Positions 52,462 to 64,000 of a stretch of DNA of 64,000 bases are shown here, piece after piece (the stretch's first letter is position 1; every line of letters starts with the position of its first letter). The translations under genes and the position numbers were made by a program. The notes beneath the pieces are model-generated. The model saw only the letters and a list, made by a program, of their open reading frames with translations, was not told the DNA's origin and searched no databases. This DNA comes from Gemmatimonas sp. Its GTDB lineage: Bacteria > Gemmatimonadota > Gemmatimonadetes > Gemmatimonadales > Gemmatimonadaceae. The DNA lies in assembly GCA_965279375.1 (NCBI GenBank), contig OZ257156.1:3712001-3776000 (forward strand), written 5' to 3'.

Positions 52462-53034
52462 TTACTTGGTGGGGAGCTTGACCGGCGCGATCATCTTGCA
52501 GGCGCGAAGGCACTTGAAGTTGTGGAACTGCGGATCGGACTCGAAGGCGATACCCGAGAGCTGCCGCGAGGGTTCGACAAGCGTGAAGCTGCTGTCGCTG
52601 AAGATCTGGTTGCGGGCCTGATCGAAGACCAGTTGCGGGGTGGTCAGCCGCTTGCCGTCGTCGCGCACGACCACCACGTCGCCGGTGGCTTCCAGTCGCG
52701 ACAGCCGCGAGTTGTACGCGCCGGCGCGAGCCGTCAGCACACCGTCCTTGATGCCCTGCTTCGTGAAGAACGTCATGTTGACGCGGCGCAGATCGAGCCG
52801 TGCGCCGTCGTCGTAGACGTACATCGTGTCGCTCAGCAAGCGCCCGTTCGAGACGCCCTGGTTGGTCAGCACAGTGCTGCCGCCAAAAATCATCTGGTCG
52901 GCGGAGTCAGGGAGTGCGGACTTCTTGGCGCGTGCCGTGACGGGTGAGGCCTTGGCCTTGCCGGGGCACTTGGCGGCGCCGAGGAGCGAAATCGAGAGGA
53001 GCAGCAGCCCCGCGCGCGACACGAAGCGACTCAT
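52462..53034 (-). CDS. lptC: LPS export periplasmic protein LptC
   Basis: ATGDVVV, LTTPQLVFD, IFSDS beta motifs; conserved synteny after kdsD. Confidence 0.82.
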   Translation of the reverse strand: MSRFVSRAGLLLLSISLLGAAKCPGKAKASPVTARAKKSALPDSADQMIFGGSTVLTNQGVSNGRLLSDTMYVYDDGARLDLRRVNMTFFTKQGIKDGVLTARAGAYNSRLSRLEATGDVVVVRDDGKRLTTPQLVFDQARNQIFSDSSFTLVEPSRQLSGIAFESDPQFHNFKCLRACKMIAPVKLPTK

Positions 53035-54002
53035 ACGGCCCCGGCGCGCATCAGGTCGTGCAGATGCACCACGCCGACCAGCTGACCTGCGTCATTCGTG
53101 ACAGGCATCGCCATGATGCCGAACGTTTCCATGCGATGCACCACAGCACTCCCCAATTCATGGTCGCGCGCCATGCGCGGCGACTCGGACATGACACGCG
53201 ACACCGGCACCGACAACACGTCCCGCTCCCGTTCGAGCAGACGTGTGAGATCGCCTGCGGTGACGACACCGGCCACGCGATCCTGTTCCACGACGATGGC
53301 GATTCCGCGGCGTTCGGCCAGCACGATGACGGCATCGCGCATGGTCGCCTCGCGCGGCAATATCGGCATCGGATCGGTGAGCATCACATCGACGACCCGC
53401 GTGAGCAGTCTGCGCCCAAGCGCGCCACCCGGATGCAGGCGTGCGAAGTCTTCCTTGCGGAAGCCCTTTTCCTGCAACAGGGCCACGGCCAGCGCATCGC
53501 CCAGCGCAATGGTGACCGTCGTGCTCGTGGTTGGCGCCAGATCGTGCGGACATGCTTCCTCGCGCACGCCCAGATCGAGCGTGACCTCGGCCGCCCGACC
53601 GAGTCGCGACGTGGGCTCGGAGGTCATCGCAATCATGTGCACGCCCATGCGCGCCAATGCGTCGATGAGGCCGAGTAGTTCGTCGCTTTCGCCGCTCTTG
53701 GAGATGAGAATGGCGACGTCGTCTGCGCCCACGATTCCCAGGTCACCGTGCACGCTCTCGACCGGATGGAGGAACATCGCCGGCGTGCCCGTGGAAGTGA
53801 ACGTCGCGGCCATCTTGCGGCCGACCAGTCCCGACTTGCCCACGCCGGCCACGATCACGCGTCCCTTGCAGGCGGCCAGCAGCTGCACGGCCCGCACGAA
53901 GTGCGCGTCGAGCGCGTTCGCCGTCCGGTCGAGTGCGACCGACTCCTGCGACAGCACGCGCCGTCCGTGCTCGAGAATGCGCTCGTGTTGTTCGGCGGTC
54001 AC
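53031..54002 (-). CDS. kdsD: Arabinose-5-phosphate isomerase (SIS plus CBS pair)
   Basis: GVGKSG, HGDLG, APTTST, HPGGALG, VHLHDL. Confidence 0.95.
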   Translation of the reverse strand: MTAEQHERILEHGRRVLSQESVALDRTANALDAHFVRAVQLLAACKGRVIVAGVGKSGLVGRKMAATFTSTGTPAMFLHPVESVHGDLGIVGADDVAILISKSGESDELLGLIDALARMGVHMIAMTSEPTSRLGRAAEVTLDLGVREEACPHDLAPTTSTTVTIALGDALAVALLQEKGFRKEDFARLHPGGALGRRLLTRVVDVMLTDPMPILPREATMRDAVIVLAERRGIAIVVEQDRVAGVVTAGDLTRLLERERDVLSVPVSRVMSESPRMARDHELGSAVVHRMETFGIMAMPVTNDAGQLVGVVHLHDLMRAGAV

Positions 54003-54631
54003 AGTGTTGCGCCCTCGACGCGACGACTCGCGACGTAGCGTTCAACGAGATCGGACCATTCACCGCGCGCGTGTAGCAACGCTTCGGCGAACTCGCGCAC
54101 GGCGCCGTGGCCGCCGCGCGCGGTGAGGTGTAGTCGCGTGTCGCGGAGGACTTCGGGCGCGGCGTTGCCGACGGCAACAGGCAACGCGACCTCGCGCAGG
54201 ACGGCCAGATCGGGAAGATCGTCGCCAACAAACGCGACCTCCTCAATGGTGCAGCCGAACTGCTGCATGATGCGATGCAGCGCCGGGAGTTTGCGCGCCT
54301 CGGGGTCCTGCACCAGCGCGGCCACCTTCAGCTCGCGCGCACGCATCGCGACACTTTCCGACACGCGACCGGTGATGATCACGACGAGTAGGCCGGCCTC
54401 GCGCAGCATCGCCATGCCGAGTCCGTCCTGAACGTCGAATCGCTTCAACTCAAACGGGTGAAGGGCGTCGCCTTCTCCGCGGGTGGCACCGAGGTACACG
54501 CCTCCGTCGGTGAGCACGCCGTCCACGTCGAACACCACCATGCGAATCCGACGCGCGAGCGCGGGATCGATGCGCGGCGTGTGTACGGTCAACGGTGGCA
54601 GGACATCCTGCTCCACATCGGCGTCGGTCAT
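53999..54631 (-). CDS. kdsC: KDO-8-phosphate phosphatase
   Basis: FDVDGVLTDG, GDDLPD, GGHGAVRE. Confidence 0.93.
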   Translation of the reverse strand: MTDADVEQDVLPPLTVHTPRIDPALARRIRMVVFDVDGVLTDGGVYLGATRGEGDALHPFELKRFDVQDGLGMAMLREAGLLVVIITGRVSESVAMRARELKVAALVQDPEARKLPALHRIMQQFGCTIEEVAFVGDDLPDLAVLREVALPVAVGNAAPEVLRDTRLHLTARGGHGAVREFAEALLHARGEWSDLVERYVASRRVEGATL

Positions 54632-55467
54632 GCGCGAACGCGATCCCAGATGTCGACGGCACGCCGGATCAGATCCGACAGCGCTTCGAGCTGCAGCATG
54701 TTGGGTCCGTCGCTCGGCGCATGATCCGGATCCGGATGCGTCTCGAGAAAGAGCCCTTGTGCACCGGCCGCAATTGCCGCGAGCGTCAGCGGCGGAATGA
54801 ATTCTCGCGCGCCACCGCTGGTCCCGCCGGCGCCAAGTCCTGGGCGCTGCACGCTGTGCGTGCCGTCGAAGATGACCGGTACATCACACGCCTCGCGCAT
54901 GCGCGCGAAGGCGCGCATGTCGACCACGAGATCACCATAACCGAAGAACGTGCCCCGCTCGGTGACTGCGAGTTCGCCGCTCGCGACGCCCGCCATCGTC
55001 GCACCCGCTTCAACTTTGCGCGTGGCGCCGCGCATGCCTTCCGGGTGCATCCACTGCCCCTTCTTCACATTCACGGCCTTGCCTGTGGCACCTGCGGCCA
55101 AGAGCAGGTCCGTCTGGCGGCAGAGAAACGCGGGGATCTGCAGCACATCGACCACCTGCGCTGCCGCCGCACACTGCGCTGCCTCATGCACGTCGGTGAG
55201 AATGGGCAGACCTGTCGCCGTGCGCACACGATCGAGCGCGGCGAGTCCGGCGTCGATACCAAGTCCACGCACGCCATCGAGATTGGACCGATTGGCCTTG
55301 TCGAAGCTCGCCTTGTAGATGATGCCGCCCGGCACATGCTCCGCCAAACGCGCCAGCGCTTCGCCGACGCGCAGGTTGAGTGCATCGTCTTCGAGCTGAC
55401 ACGGTCCCGCGATCAGAAAAAGCTGATCGTCAGGAAAGCGACGGACTGCTGTCGATGGCGTGGTCAC
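54628..55467 (-). CDS. kdsA: KDO-8-phosphate synthase
   Basis: IAGPC, FDKANRS, QIPAFLCRQTDLL, FDGTHSVQ. Confidence 0.96.
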   Translation of the reverse strand: MTTPSTAVRRFPDDQLFLIAGPCQLEDDALNLRVGEALARLAEHVPGGIIYKASFDKANRSNLDGVRGLGIDAGLAALDRVRTATGLPILTDVHEAAQCAAAAQVVDVLQIPAFLCRQTDLLLAAGATGKAVNVKKGQWMHPEGMRGATRKVEAGATMAGVASGELAVTERGTFFGYGDLVVDMRAFARMREACDVPVIFDGTHSVQRPGLGAGGTSGGAREFIPPLTLAAIAAGAQGLFLETHPDPDHAPSDGPNMLQLEALSDLIRRAVDIWDRVRA

Positions 55468-55468
55468 G

Positions 55469-57960
<2,492 letters not shown>

Positions 57961-58058
57961 CGAGTCGCGAGAGGCGTGTTTGCAGCAAAATTCACGCCAG
58001 TTAAGATACGAAGACGGCTGCTCGAAGGCAAACGACCGGTCAGTAATTCACATTTTCC

Positions 58059-59004
58059 ATGGGCGGCATGCCGACACTCGGGTGGTGGGTAGGATTCAAC
58101 GCGCTGATCCTTGTGCTCCTTGCACTCGATCTGGGCGTCTTCAACCGAAAGGCCCACGCGGTGTCGGTGAAGGAAGCGCTCGGCTGGAGCGCGGTCTGGA
58201 TCAGTCTGGCCGTGGCCTTTGGCATCGGCATCGGCGTGACGATGGGGCGACAGTCGGCACTGGAGTTCTTCGCCGGCTATCTCGTCGAAGAGGCGCTGTC
58301 CGTCGACAACCTGTTCGTCTTCATCCTGATCTTCGGCTACTTCAAGATTGCCCCGACGCTCCAGCATCGTGTGCTGTTCTGGGGCATTCTGGGCGCGCTG
58401 CTCATGCGCGGCGCGATGATCGGCGCCGGTGCGCTCCTGCTCGAACGCTTTCACTGGATCATCTACGTCTTCGGTGCATTTCTCGTCGTGACGGGCATTC
58501 GTATGGCGTTTGGCGGCGGCTCCGAAATCGAGCCCGAGTCGAACCCCGTCATCCGGTTCGTGCGACGCGTGGTGCCACTCACCACACAGTTTCGCGGCGA
58601 GAAATTCTTCGTGCGTGAGGCGCTGACACCCGGGGGCGCGGTGCGTCTGGTGGCGACGCCGCTGTTCGTGGTGCTCGTGCTGGTGGAAACGACCGACGTG
58701 GTGTTCGCGCTCGACTCCATTCCCGCCGTGTTCGGCGTGACGCGCAACCCATTCCTCGTCTATACATCCAACGTATTCGCCATTCTCGGCCTGCGTTCGC
58801 TCTACTTCGTGCTCGCCGGCGTGATGGGCAAGTTCCATCTGCTCAAGTATGGACTGGCGGTCGTGCTCGCATTCGTGGGCGCCAAGATGCTCTTGTCCGA
58901 GGCGTACCCGATTCCCATCGGAATCGCGCTGGGTGTCGTGGCGGGCGTGCTTGCCTTGAGCGTCGTGCTCTCGCTCGTGATCAAGCCCAAGGGCGAGGAG
59001 CCGA

Positions 59005-59018
<14 letters not shown>
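58059..59018 (+). CDS. TerC/Alx-family membrane protein
   Basis: [37 protein letters not shown]. Confidence 0.93.
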
Positions 59019-59607
<589 letters not shown>

Positions 59608-59641
59608 GGCGCTCTCGCGGGGGCTCGGAGGTCGGGCTGAT

Positions 59642-60571
59642 TCAGGCGCGCGGGTGGAACTGGCGGTGCACCGTTCGAAGATACTCGCGATCCACGTGTG
59701 TGTAGATCTGCGTGGTGGCGATGTCGGCGTGGCCGAGCATCTCCTGCACCGCGCGAAGATCAGCGCCGCCTTCCAGCAAGTGTGTGGCGAAGGAGTGCCG
59801 CAGCGTGTGCGGCGACACCGGGCGTTCGATGCCGGCCATGGTGACGTACTTCCGCAGGATCTTCCACGCGCCCATGCGTGTGAGCGGACTCCCTTGTGCG
59901 TTCAGGAAGAGGATCCCCTGCCCGTTCCCTCGCTCGAGGACCGGCCGCAATTCGCGCATGTAAACGGCAACGGCGCCGATTGCTGATCTGCCGATGGGGA
60001 CCAGCCGTTCCTTGCTCCCCTTGCCGAAGACCCGAAGCAAACTCTCCTCGAGGAGCACGTCTTTCACCGCCAATCCAATCCACTCGGAAACGCGCAGCCC
60101 AGCGCCGTAGGCCAGCTCCAGCATGGCGCGGTCGCGAAAGGCGAGCTTTTCGTCGAGCCCCGGCGCGGCGAGCAGTTTGGTCACTTCCTCGACCGTGAGC
60201 ACCTCGGGGAGCGAGCGCCAGCGCTGTGGCGAATCGAGGCGTTCCGTGGGATCGTGCGAGACGAGGCCATCGGCCAGCATCACGCGAAACCAGGTGCGCA
60301 GTGCGGAGATGTTGCGCCGAATGGAGGCGCCGGCGAGTCCCAGGTCCTTAAGGTGATAGACGAACTCGCGCAACGCGCCGGGGGTGATGTCGGCAGCGTT
60401 GTTGATGCCCTGTGTCCGCAGGAACACGACGCACCGAATCACGTCGCGGCGATACGCCTCGAGCGTGCGCGGCGACGCGCCGTCTTCGAGCATCAGCGTG
60501 TCTTCGAAGGCGCGCAAATGGAACGCGGTCTGTAACAGCGGGTCGTCGGCGCCGGGCGTTGGGTTGGTCAC
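59642..60571 (-). CDS. xerD: Tyrosine recombinase XerD
   Basis: [55 protein letters not shown]. Confidence 0.9.
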   Translation of the reverse strand: MTNPTPGADDPLLQTAFHLRAFEDTLMLEDGASPRTLEAYRRDVIRCVVFLRTQGINNAADITPGALREFVYHLKDLGLAGASIRRNISALRTWFRVMLADGLVSHDPTERLDSPQRWRSLPEVLTVEEVTKLLAAPGLDEKLAFRDRAMLELAYGAGLRVSEWIGLAVKDVLLEESLLRVFGKGSKERLVPIGRSAIGAVAVYMRELRPVLERGNGQGILFLNAQGSPLTRMGAWKILRKYVTMAGIERPVSPHTLRHSFATHLLEGGADLRAVQEMLGHADIATTQIYTHVDREYLRTVHRQFHPRA

Positions 60572-61173
60572 GCGTGTCTCCTGCGACGAATCCAGTAGGC
60601 GATCCCTGCGACAGCCACGAGGGCGACGGCGATCAACCCGATGGTCCGTTGCTGTTCGGCGATGCGATCGAGCAGGACTTCGGCGTTGGCGCCCGCCCGA
60701 AATGCGAGCCAACAGACCAGCCCGTACCAGGCGCCCGAGGCGATGCCCATCGCCAGCGCCGCGCGCACCGCACCCACGCCAAGCGCGCCGGCAACAGGTG
60801 GCACGACCGCGCGTACCGCCGGCAAAAAGCGACTCACCACGACCGCCGCGATCCCCTGCCGATTGAAGCGTTCGACGAACTTGTCGCTCGCGTCGCCTGC
60901 GAAGACCGCGGGCATACGCTTGGCCAGCCACGGCATGCCGTAGCGCTTCCCGACGGCGAACATGAGCATCGCGCCGCCCAGATTGCCCGCCATCGTGGCG
61001 CCCCACGCGCCGAGCGCCGTGCCGTTTCCGCGCGCCGCGACGAAGGCGCCGAGTGCGACGACGGTGTCCGCTGGCAGCGGGGGGAAGATGTTCTCAGCGA
61101 ACGCGGCGAGAAGAATCGCGCCGTAGAGCAGCGGCTCGGGGAGCGAGCCGAGCCAGTTCAGCAGGTCATGCAC
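60568..61173 (-). CDS. DedA-family membrane protein
   Basis: ENIFPPLP, SRFLPAVR. Confidence 0.88.
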   Translation of the reverse strand: MHDLLNWLGSLPEPLLYGAILLAAFAENIFPPLPADTVVALGAFVAARGNGTALGAWGATMAGNLGGAMLMFAVGKRYGMPWLAKRMPAVFAGDASDKFVERFNRQGIAAVVVSRFLPAVRAVVPPVAGALGVGAVRAALAMGIASGAWYGLVCWLAFRAGANAEVLLDRIAEQQRTIGLIAVALVAVAGIAYWIRRRRHA

Positions 61174-61675
61174 GAACCAACGTGGCGACCGACATCACCC
61201 CGAGTCCCTCCTCGCGGCCGATCCACCCCATGCCTTCGTTGGTCTTTCCCTTCACGCTCACATCAGCCGGCGTCACCTGCAGCGCCACAGCGAGCCGTTC
61301 GCGAATGGCGGTGCGATGTGGCCCGATCTTGGGGCGCTGCGCGACCACGGTGACGTCGACATTGTTCACGCGCCATCCCGCTTGCTGTACACGCGCCAGC
61401 GCGGCCTCGAGCATGACGATCGAATCCTTGCCCTTGTTCTCCGCTGCCGTATCGGGAAACATCTCGCCGATATCGCCCAGTCCCACCGCACCTAAGATGG
61501 CGTCGGTGACGGCATGGCAGATGGCGTCACCGTCGGAGTGACCGGCGCAGTGCACGTTGGCGGGAATGTCGATGCCGCCGAGGCGCATGGGGCCACCCTC
61601 GCCGAAGCGATGCGAGTCGTAGCCGATACCGGTGCGCATGACGAACGTGGCGTCGCTCATCCGATCAGGCCGCAA
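61166..61675 (-). CDS. ispF: 2-C-methyl-D-erythritol 2,4-cyclodiphosphate synthase
   Basis: GIGYDSH, HSDGD, GDIGEMFP, KGKTNE. Confidence 0.95.
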   Translation of the reverse strand: MRPDRMSDATFVMRTGIGYDSHRFGEGGPMRLGGIDIPANVHCAGHSDGDAICHAVTDAILGAVGLGDIGEMFPDTAAENKGKDSIVMLEAALARVQQAGWRVNNVDVTVVAQRPKIGPHRTAIRERLAVALQVTPADVSVKGKTNEGMGWIGREEGLGVMSVATLVRA

Positions 61676-62717
61676 CCGTCGACAGCGACGGCGTCGTCGC
61701 CGCCTGCGACAGCAGCGAGTAGTCCTGACGACGACGCGCCGGCGTGAAGCCTGCGTCGCGAATGAGTTGATCGAGTTCGTCGGTGGTGGTGCGGTGCGTG
61801 GTGTTGGCCGCCGACACGACGTTCTCTTCGATCATGAGCGAGCCGAAGTCGTTGCAGCCGAACTTGAGCGCCATCTGACCGACCTTCATCCCCATCGTCA
61901 CCCAGCTCGACTGCAAGTTGGGTACGTTGTCGAGCACGATGCGCGCCATCGCAACGGTGCGCAGATACGTGATCGCGTCCGTCTTGGGCATGTGCGACAT
62001 CGTGGGCGTGTTCTCCGGCTGCAGCGGCCACGTGATGAACGCCGTGAAGCCACCAGTGCGCGCCTGCACTTCACGCACGCGCTGCAAGTGCTCGATGCGT
62101 TCGGCCAGCGTTTCGCCGATGCCGTACATCATCGTGACCGAAGTCTTCATGCCTTCCTGGTGCGCGAGCTCCATGATCTCGAGCCAGCGATCGGCGCCCG
62201 CCTTCTTGGGCGCAGCGATGTCACGCACGCGCTGCACGAGAATTTCGCCGCCGCCACCGGGAATGGAGTCGAGTCCCGCCTTCTGCAACTCGCGGATGAC
62301 ATCGCGCGCTTCCATGCGGAATCGCGTCGCGAAGAAGTCCACTTCGCTGGGCGAGAATCCGTGGATGTGGATGGGGTGATTGCGCTTGATGTAGCGCATC
62401 AGATCCAGATACCACTCGAACGGGATATACGGGTTGTGCCCACCCTGAATCAGGATCTGCACGCCGCCCAGCGCCTTCGTCTCTTCGATCTTCTCGCCGA
62501 TCTGCTCGAACGACAGTGTATAGCCTTCCTTGTGCTTCGGGCGCCGATAAAACGCGCAGAAGCCGCAGTCGGCGACGCAGACGTTGGTGTAGTTGATGTT
62601 CCGGTCGACGATGTACGTGACGACGTTCTCCGGATGCTTCTCTATGCGCACGCGGTCGGCCTCGAGTCCGAGTTCGAGCAGCGGTGCGTTGGTATAGAAA
62701 TCGAGCAGATCGCGCAT
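61665..62717 (-). CDS. mqnC: Cyclic dehypoxanthinyl futalosine synthase (radical SAM)
   Basis: RNINYTNVCVADCGFCAF, PGGGGEIL, QSSWVTMG, MIEENVVSAA. Confidence 0.9.
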   Translation of the reverse strand: MRDLLDFYTNAPLLELGLEADRVRIEKHPENVVTYIVDRNINYTNVCVADCGFCAFYRRPKHKEGYTLSFEQIGEKIEETKALGGVQILIQGGHNPYIPFEWYLDLMRYIKRNHPIHIHGFSPSEVDFFATRFRMEARDVIRELQKAGLDSIPGGGGEILVQRVRDIAAPKKAGADRWLEIMELAHQEGMKTSVTMMYGIGETLAERIEHLQRVREVQARTGGFTAFITWPLQPENTPTMSHMPKTDAITYLRTVAMARIVLDNVPNLQSSWVTMGMKVGQMALKFGCNDFGSLMIEENVVSAANTTHRTTTDELDQLIRDAGFTPARRRQDYSLLSQAATTPSLSTVAA

Positions 62718-62726
62718 GATGACCCG

Positions 62727-63575
62727 TCAGGCCGCAGGTAGAAACGCGAGCGTCCCGTCGGGGACGCGTCCCGCCAGTACTAGGCGGCGGAAGAATTCAG
62801 TAAGACCCGCCAGATGCGGATACGACAGTCGGTAGTCCAGTCCGGAGAAGTACACCGCGCACGTCTCCTTGGGTACACCGCTCGCCAGCGACGCCTGCGC
62901 CGCGAGCAGATCCAGATGCTCGAGCCCCCAATCGCGCGAGGCGATCAGCGATGCGTGCGCCGACAGCGCGGCATGCACCGGCGTGGTGCGCTGCGCGACC
63001 CACACCGCAAACACGAACGGCAGTCCGGTCCATTCCTTCCACGCGGCGCCCAGATCGATGCGATACGGATACTTCTCCGCCCACTCGCCGCCACGATTTG
63101 CCTCGTCGAAGATGCGGAGCGCCGCGTCGCCGATCACCAAACGCGCATCATGCGGCTCTTCGTCAAAACGCGACACATCCACCAGCTCTGCGTCGCCCAA
63201 GACGAACTCCGGACGCGCGCGCCACACGTGCTCGAAGAGCAATTCCAGCAGCGCCACACTCGTCATCGAGCTCTTGCTCACCAACACACGCGCGCCCGTG
63301 AGCGTTTCGGGTGGGCGGCGGCTGAATAGCATCACGCTGCGAACCGGACCGTCGCTGGTGATGCCCAACTCCGGGAGGAGCAGATAGCGGCGCGCGTCGC
63401 GGGCGTACTCCACCGCCGACACCACACTCACATCCAATTCGCCGTTGGACATGAGGCGATTGAGCGTCGTCGGAATGCCATCCACCAGCTGACCGTCGAG
63501 CGGCACGACACCACGATCGATCCCGCCATAGACGGGATAGCAGTTGATGTACGGAATCCGACCGATGCGGAGCAT
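62727..63575 (-). CDS. mqnA: Chorismate dehydratase (futalosine pathway)
   Basis: IPYINCYP, GPVRSV, SMTSV, IGDAAL, TGLPFVFAVW. Confidence 0.9.
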   Translation of the reverse strand: MLRIGRIPYINCYPVYGGIDRGVVPLDGQLVDGIPTTLNRLMSNGELDVSVVSAVEYARDARRYLLLPELGITSDGPVRSVMLFSRRPPETLTGARVLVSKSSMTSVALLELLFEHVWRARPEFVLGDAELVDVSRFDEEPHDARLVIGDAALRIFDEANRGGEWAEKYPYRIDLGAAWKEWTGLPFVFAVWVAQRTTPVHAALSAHASLIASRDWGLEHLDLLAAQASLASGVPKETCAVYFSGLDYRLSYPHLAGLTEFFRRLVLAGRVPDGTLAFLPAA

Positions 63576-63582
63576 GATCGAT

Positions 63583-64000
63583 TCAGACCGCGGCGTTGGC
63601 CACGCCGACGTCTTCGGCGTCGAGCATCTCATCCTCACCGAACTCGCGCAGCACGCGATAGAACGAGTCACGCTCGGCCGGTCGCTTCCCTGCCCCACGA
63701 ATGAGGTTGAGCAGCTGTGACAGCGTCATGCCCTGCGGCGTATGCGCGCCGACGGCATGGTAAATCTTCTCGCGCACGACGGTCCCTTCGATGTCGTTCA
63801 CACCGAAGTGCAGCGCAATCTGCGAGACCGCCTGCGTGACCATGATCCAGTGCGACTTGATGTGGTCGAAGTTGTCGAGGAACAGCCGACCGACGGCGAG
63901 ATTGCGCAGGTCGTCAAAACCGGTGGAGGCAGTGCCCTGTCGACCGAGCGTCTTCCCCAGCTCGTTGTCGTCGGGGTGATACGCGAGCGGGATATACGCG
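63583..64000 (-). CDS. mqnE: Aminofutalosine synthase, C-terminal part (5' end outside window)
   Basis: IPLAYHP, RLFLDNFDHIKSHW, GTVVREKIYH, ERDSFY; adjacent to mqnA. Confidence 0.85.
   Translation of the reverse strand, partial: AYIPLAYHPDDNELGKTLGRQGTASTGFDDLRNLAVGRLFLDNFDHIKSHWIMVTQAVSQIALHFGVNDIEGTVVREKIYHAVGAHTPQGMTLSQLLNLIRGAGKRPAERDSFYRVLREFGEDEMLDAEDVGVANAAV

Noticed and set aside
57961..58058. yybP-ykoY manganese riboswitch upstream of the TerC gene
   Set aside because: The gap is under 100 bp, must hold divergent promoters, and lacks recognisable riboswitch motifs
59642..60571. Tyrosine recombinase as a mobile-element integrase
   Set aside because: Size, motifs and housekeeping context match chromosomal XerD

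Overview
GC-rich bacterial chromosomal segment, most likely Gemmatimonadota (inferred from gene content and order). It is almost entirely core housekeeping DNA. Genes from 1 to 42348 are nearly all on the + strand: era end, PorV-like barrel, GGDEF protein, Zn-ribbon/RomX-like protein, frameshifted prfB, lysS, lolCE/lolD, mcsA-mcsB-clpC, bamA-skp-lpx cluster, gdh, rlmH, bshC, murJ, uvrC, der-plsY-gpsA, surE-pcm, apt and tRNA-Arg. Genes from 42926 to 64000 are nearly all on the - strand: mqn genes, ispF, dedA, xerD, kdsB-pyrG-kdsA-kdsC-kdsD-lptC-lptA-lptB-rpoN, glycosyltransferases and dapF. The two arrays converge on an AT-richer gap containing a clear XerC/XerD dif-like site (42672-42699), so this is probably the replication terminus; unexpectedly, DnaA-box-like 9-mers start 6 bp from that site. 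Other notable items are a Zn-ribbon/RomX-like fusion coupled to a diguanylate cyclase, a CtsR-less McsA/McsB/ClpC module inside an envelope gene run, a modified Lpt bridge, and a candidate lipoprotein toxin/immunity pair behind the tRNA. No CRISPR array, IS element or prophage was seen. All family calls come from motif recognition, without database searches.
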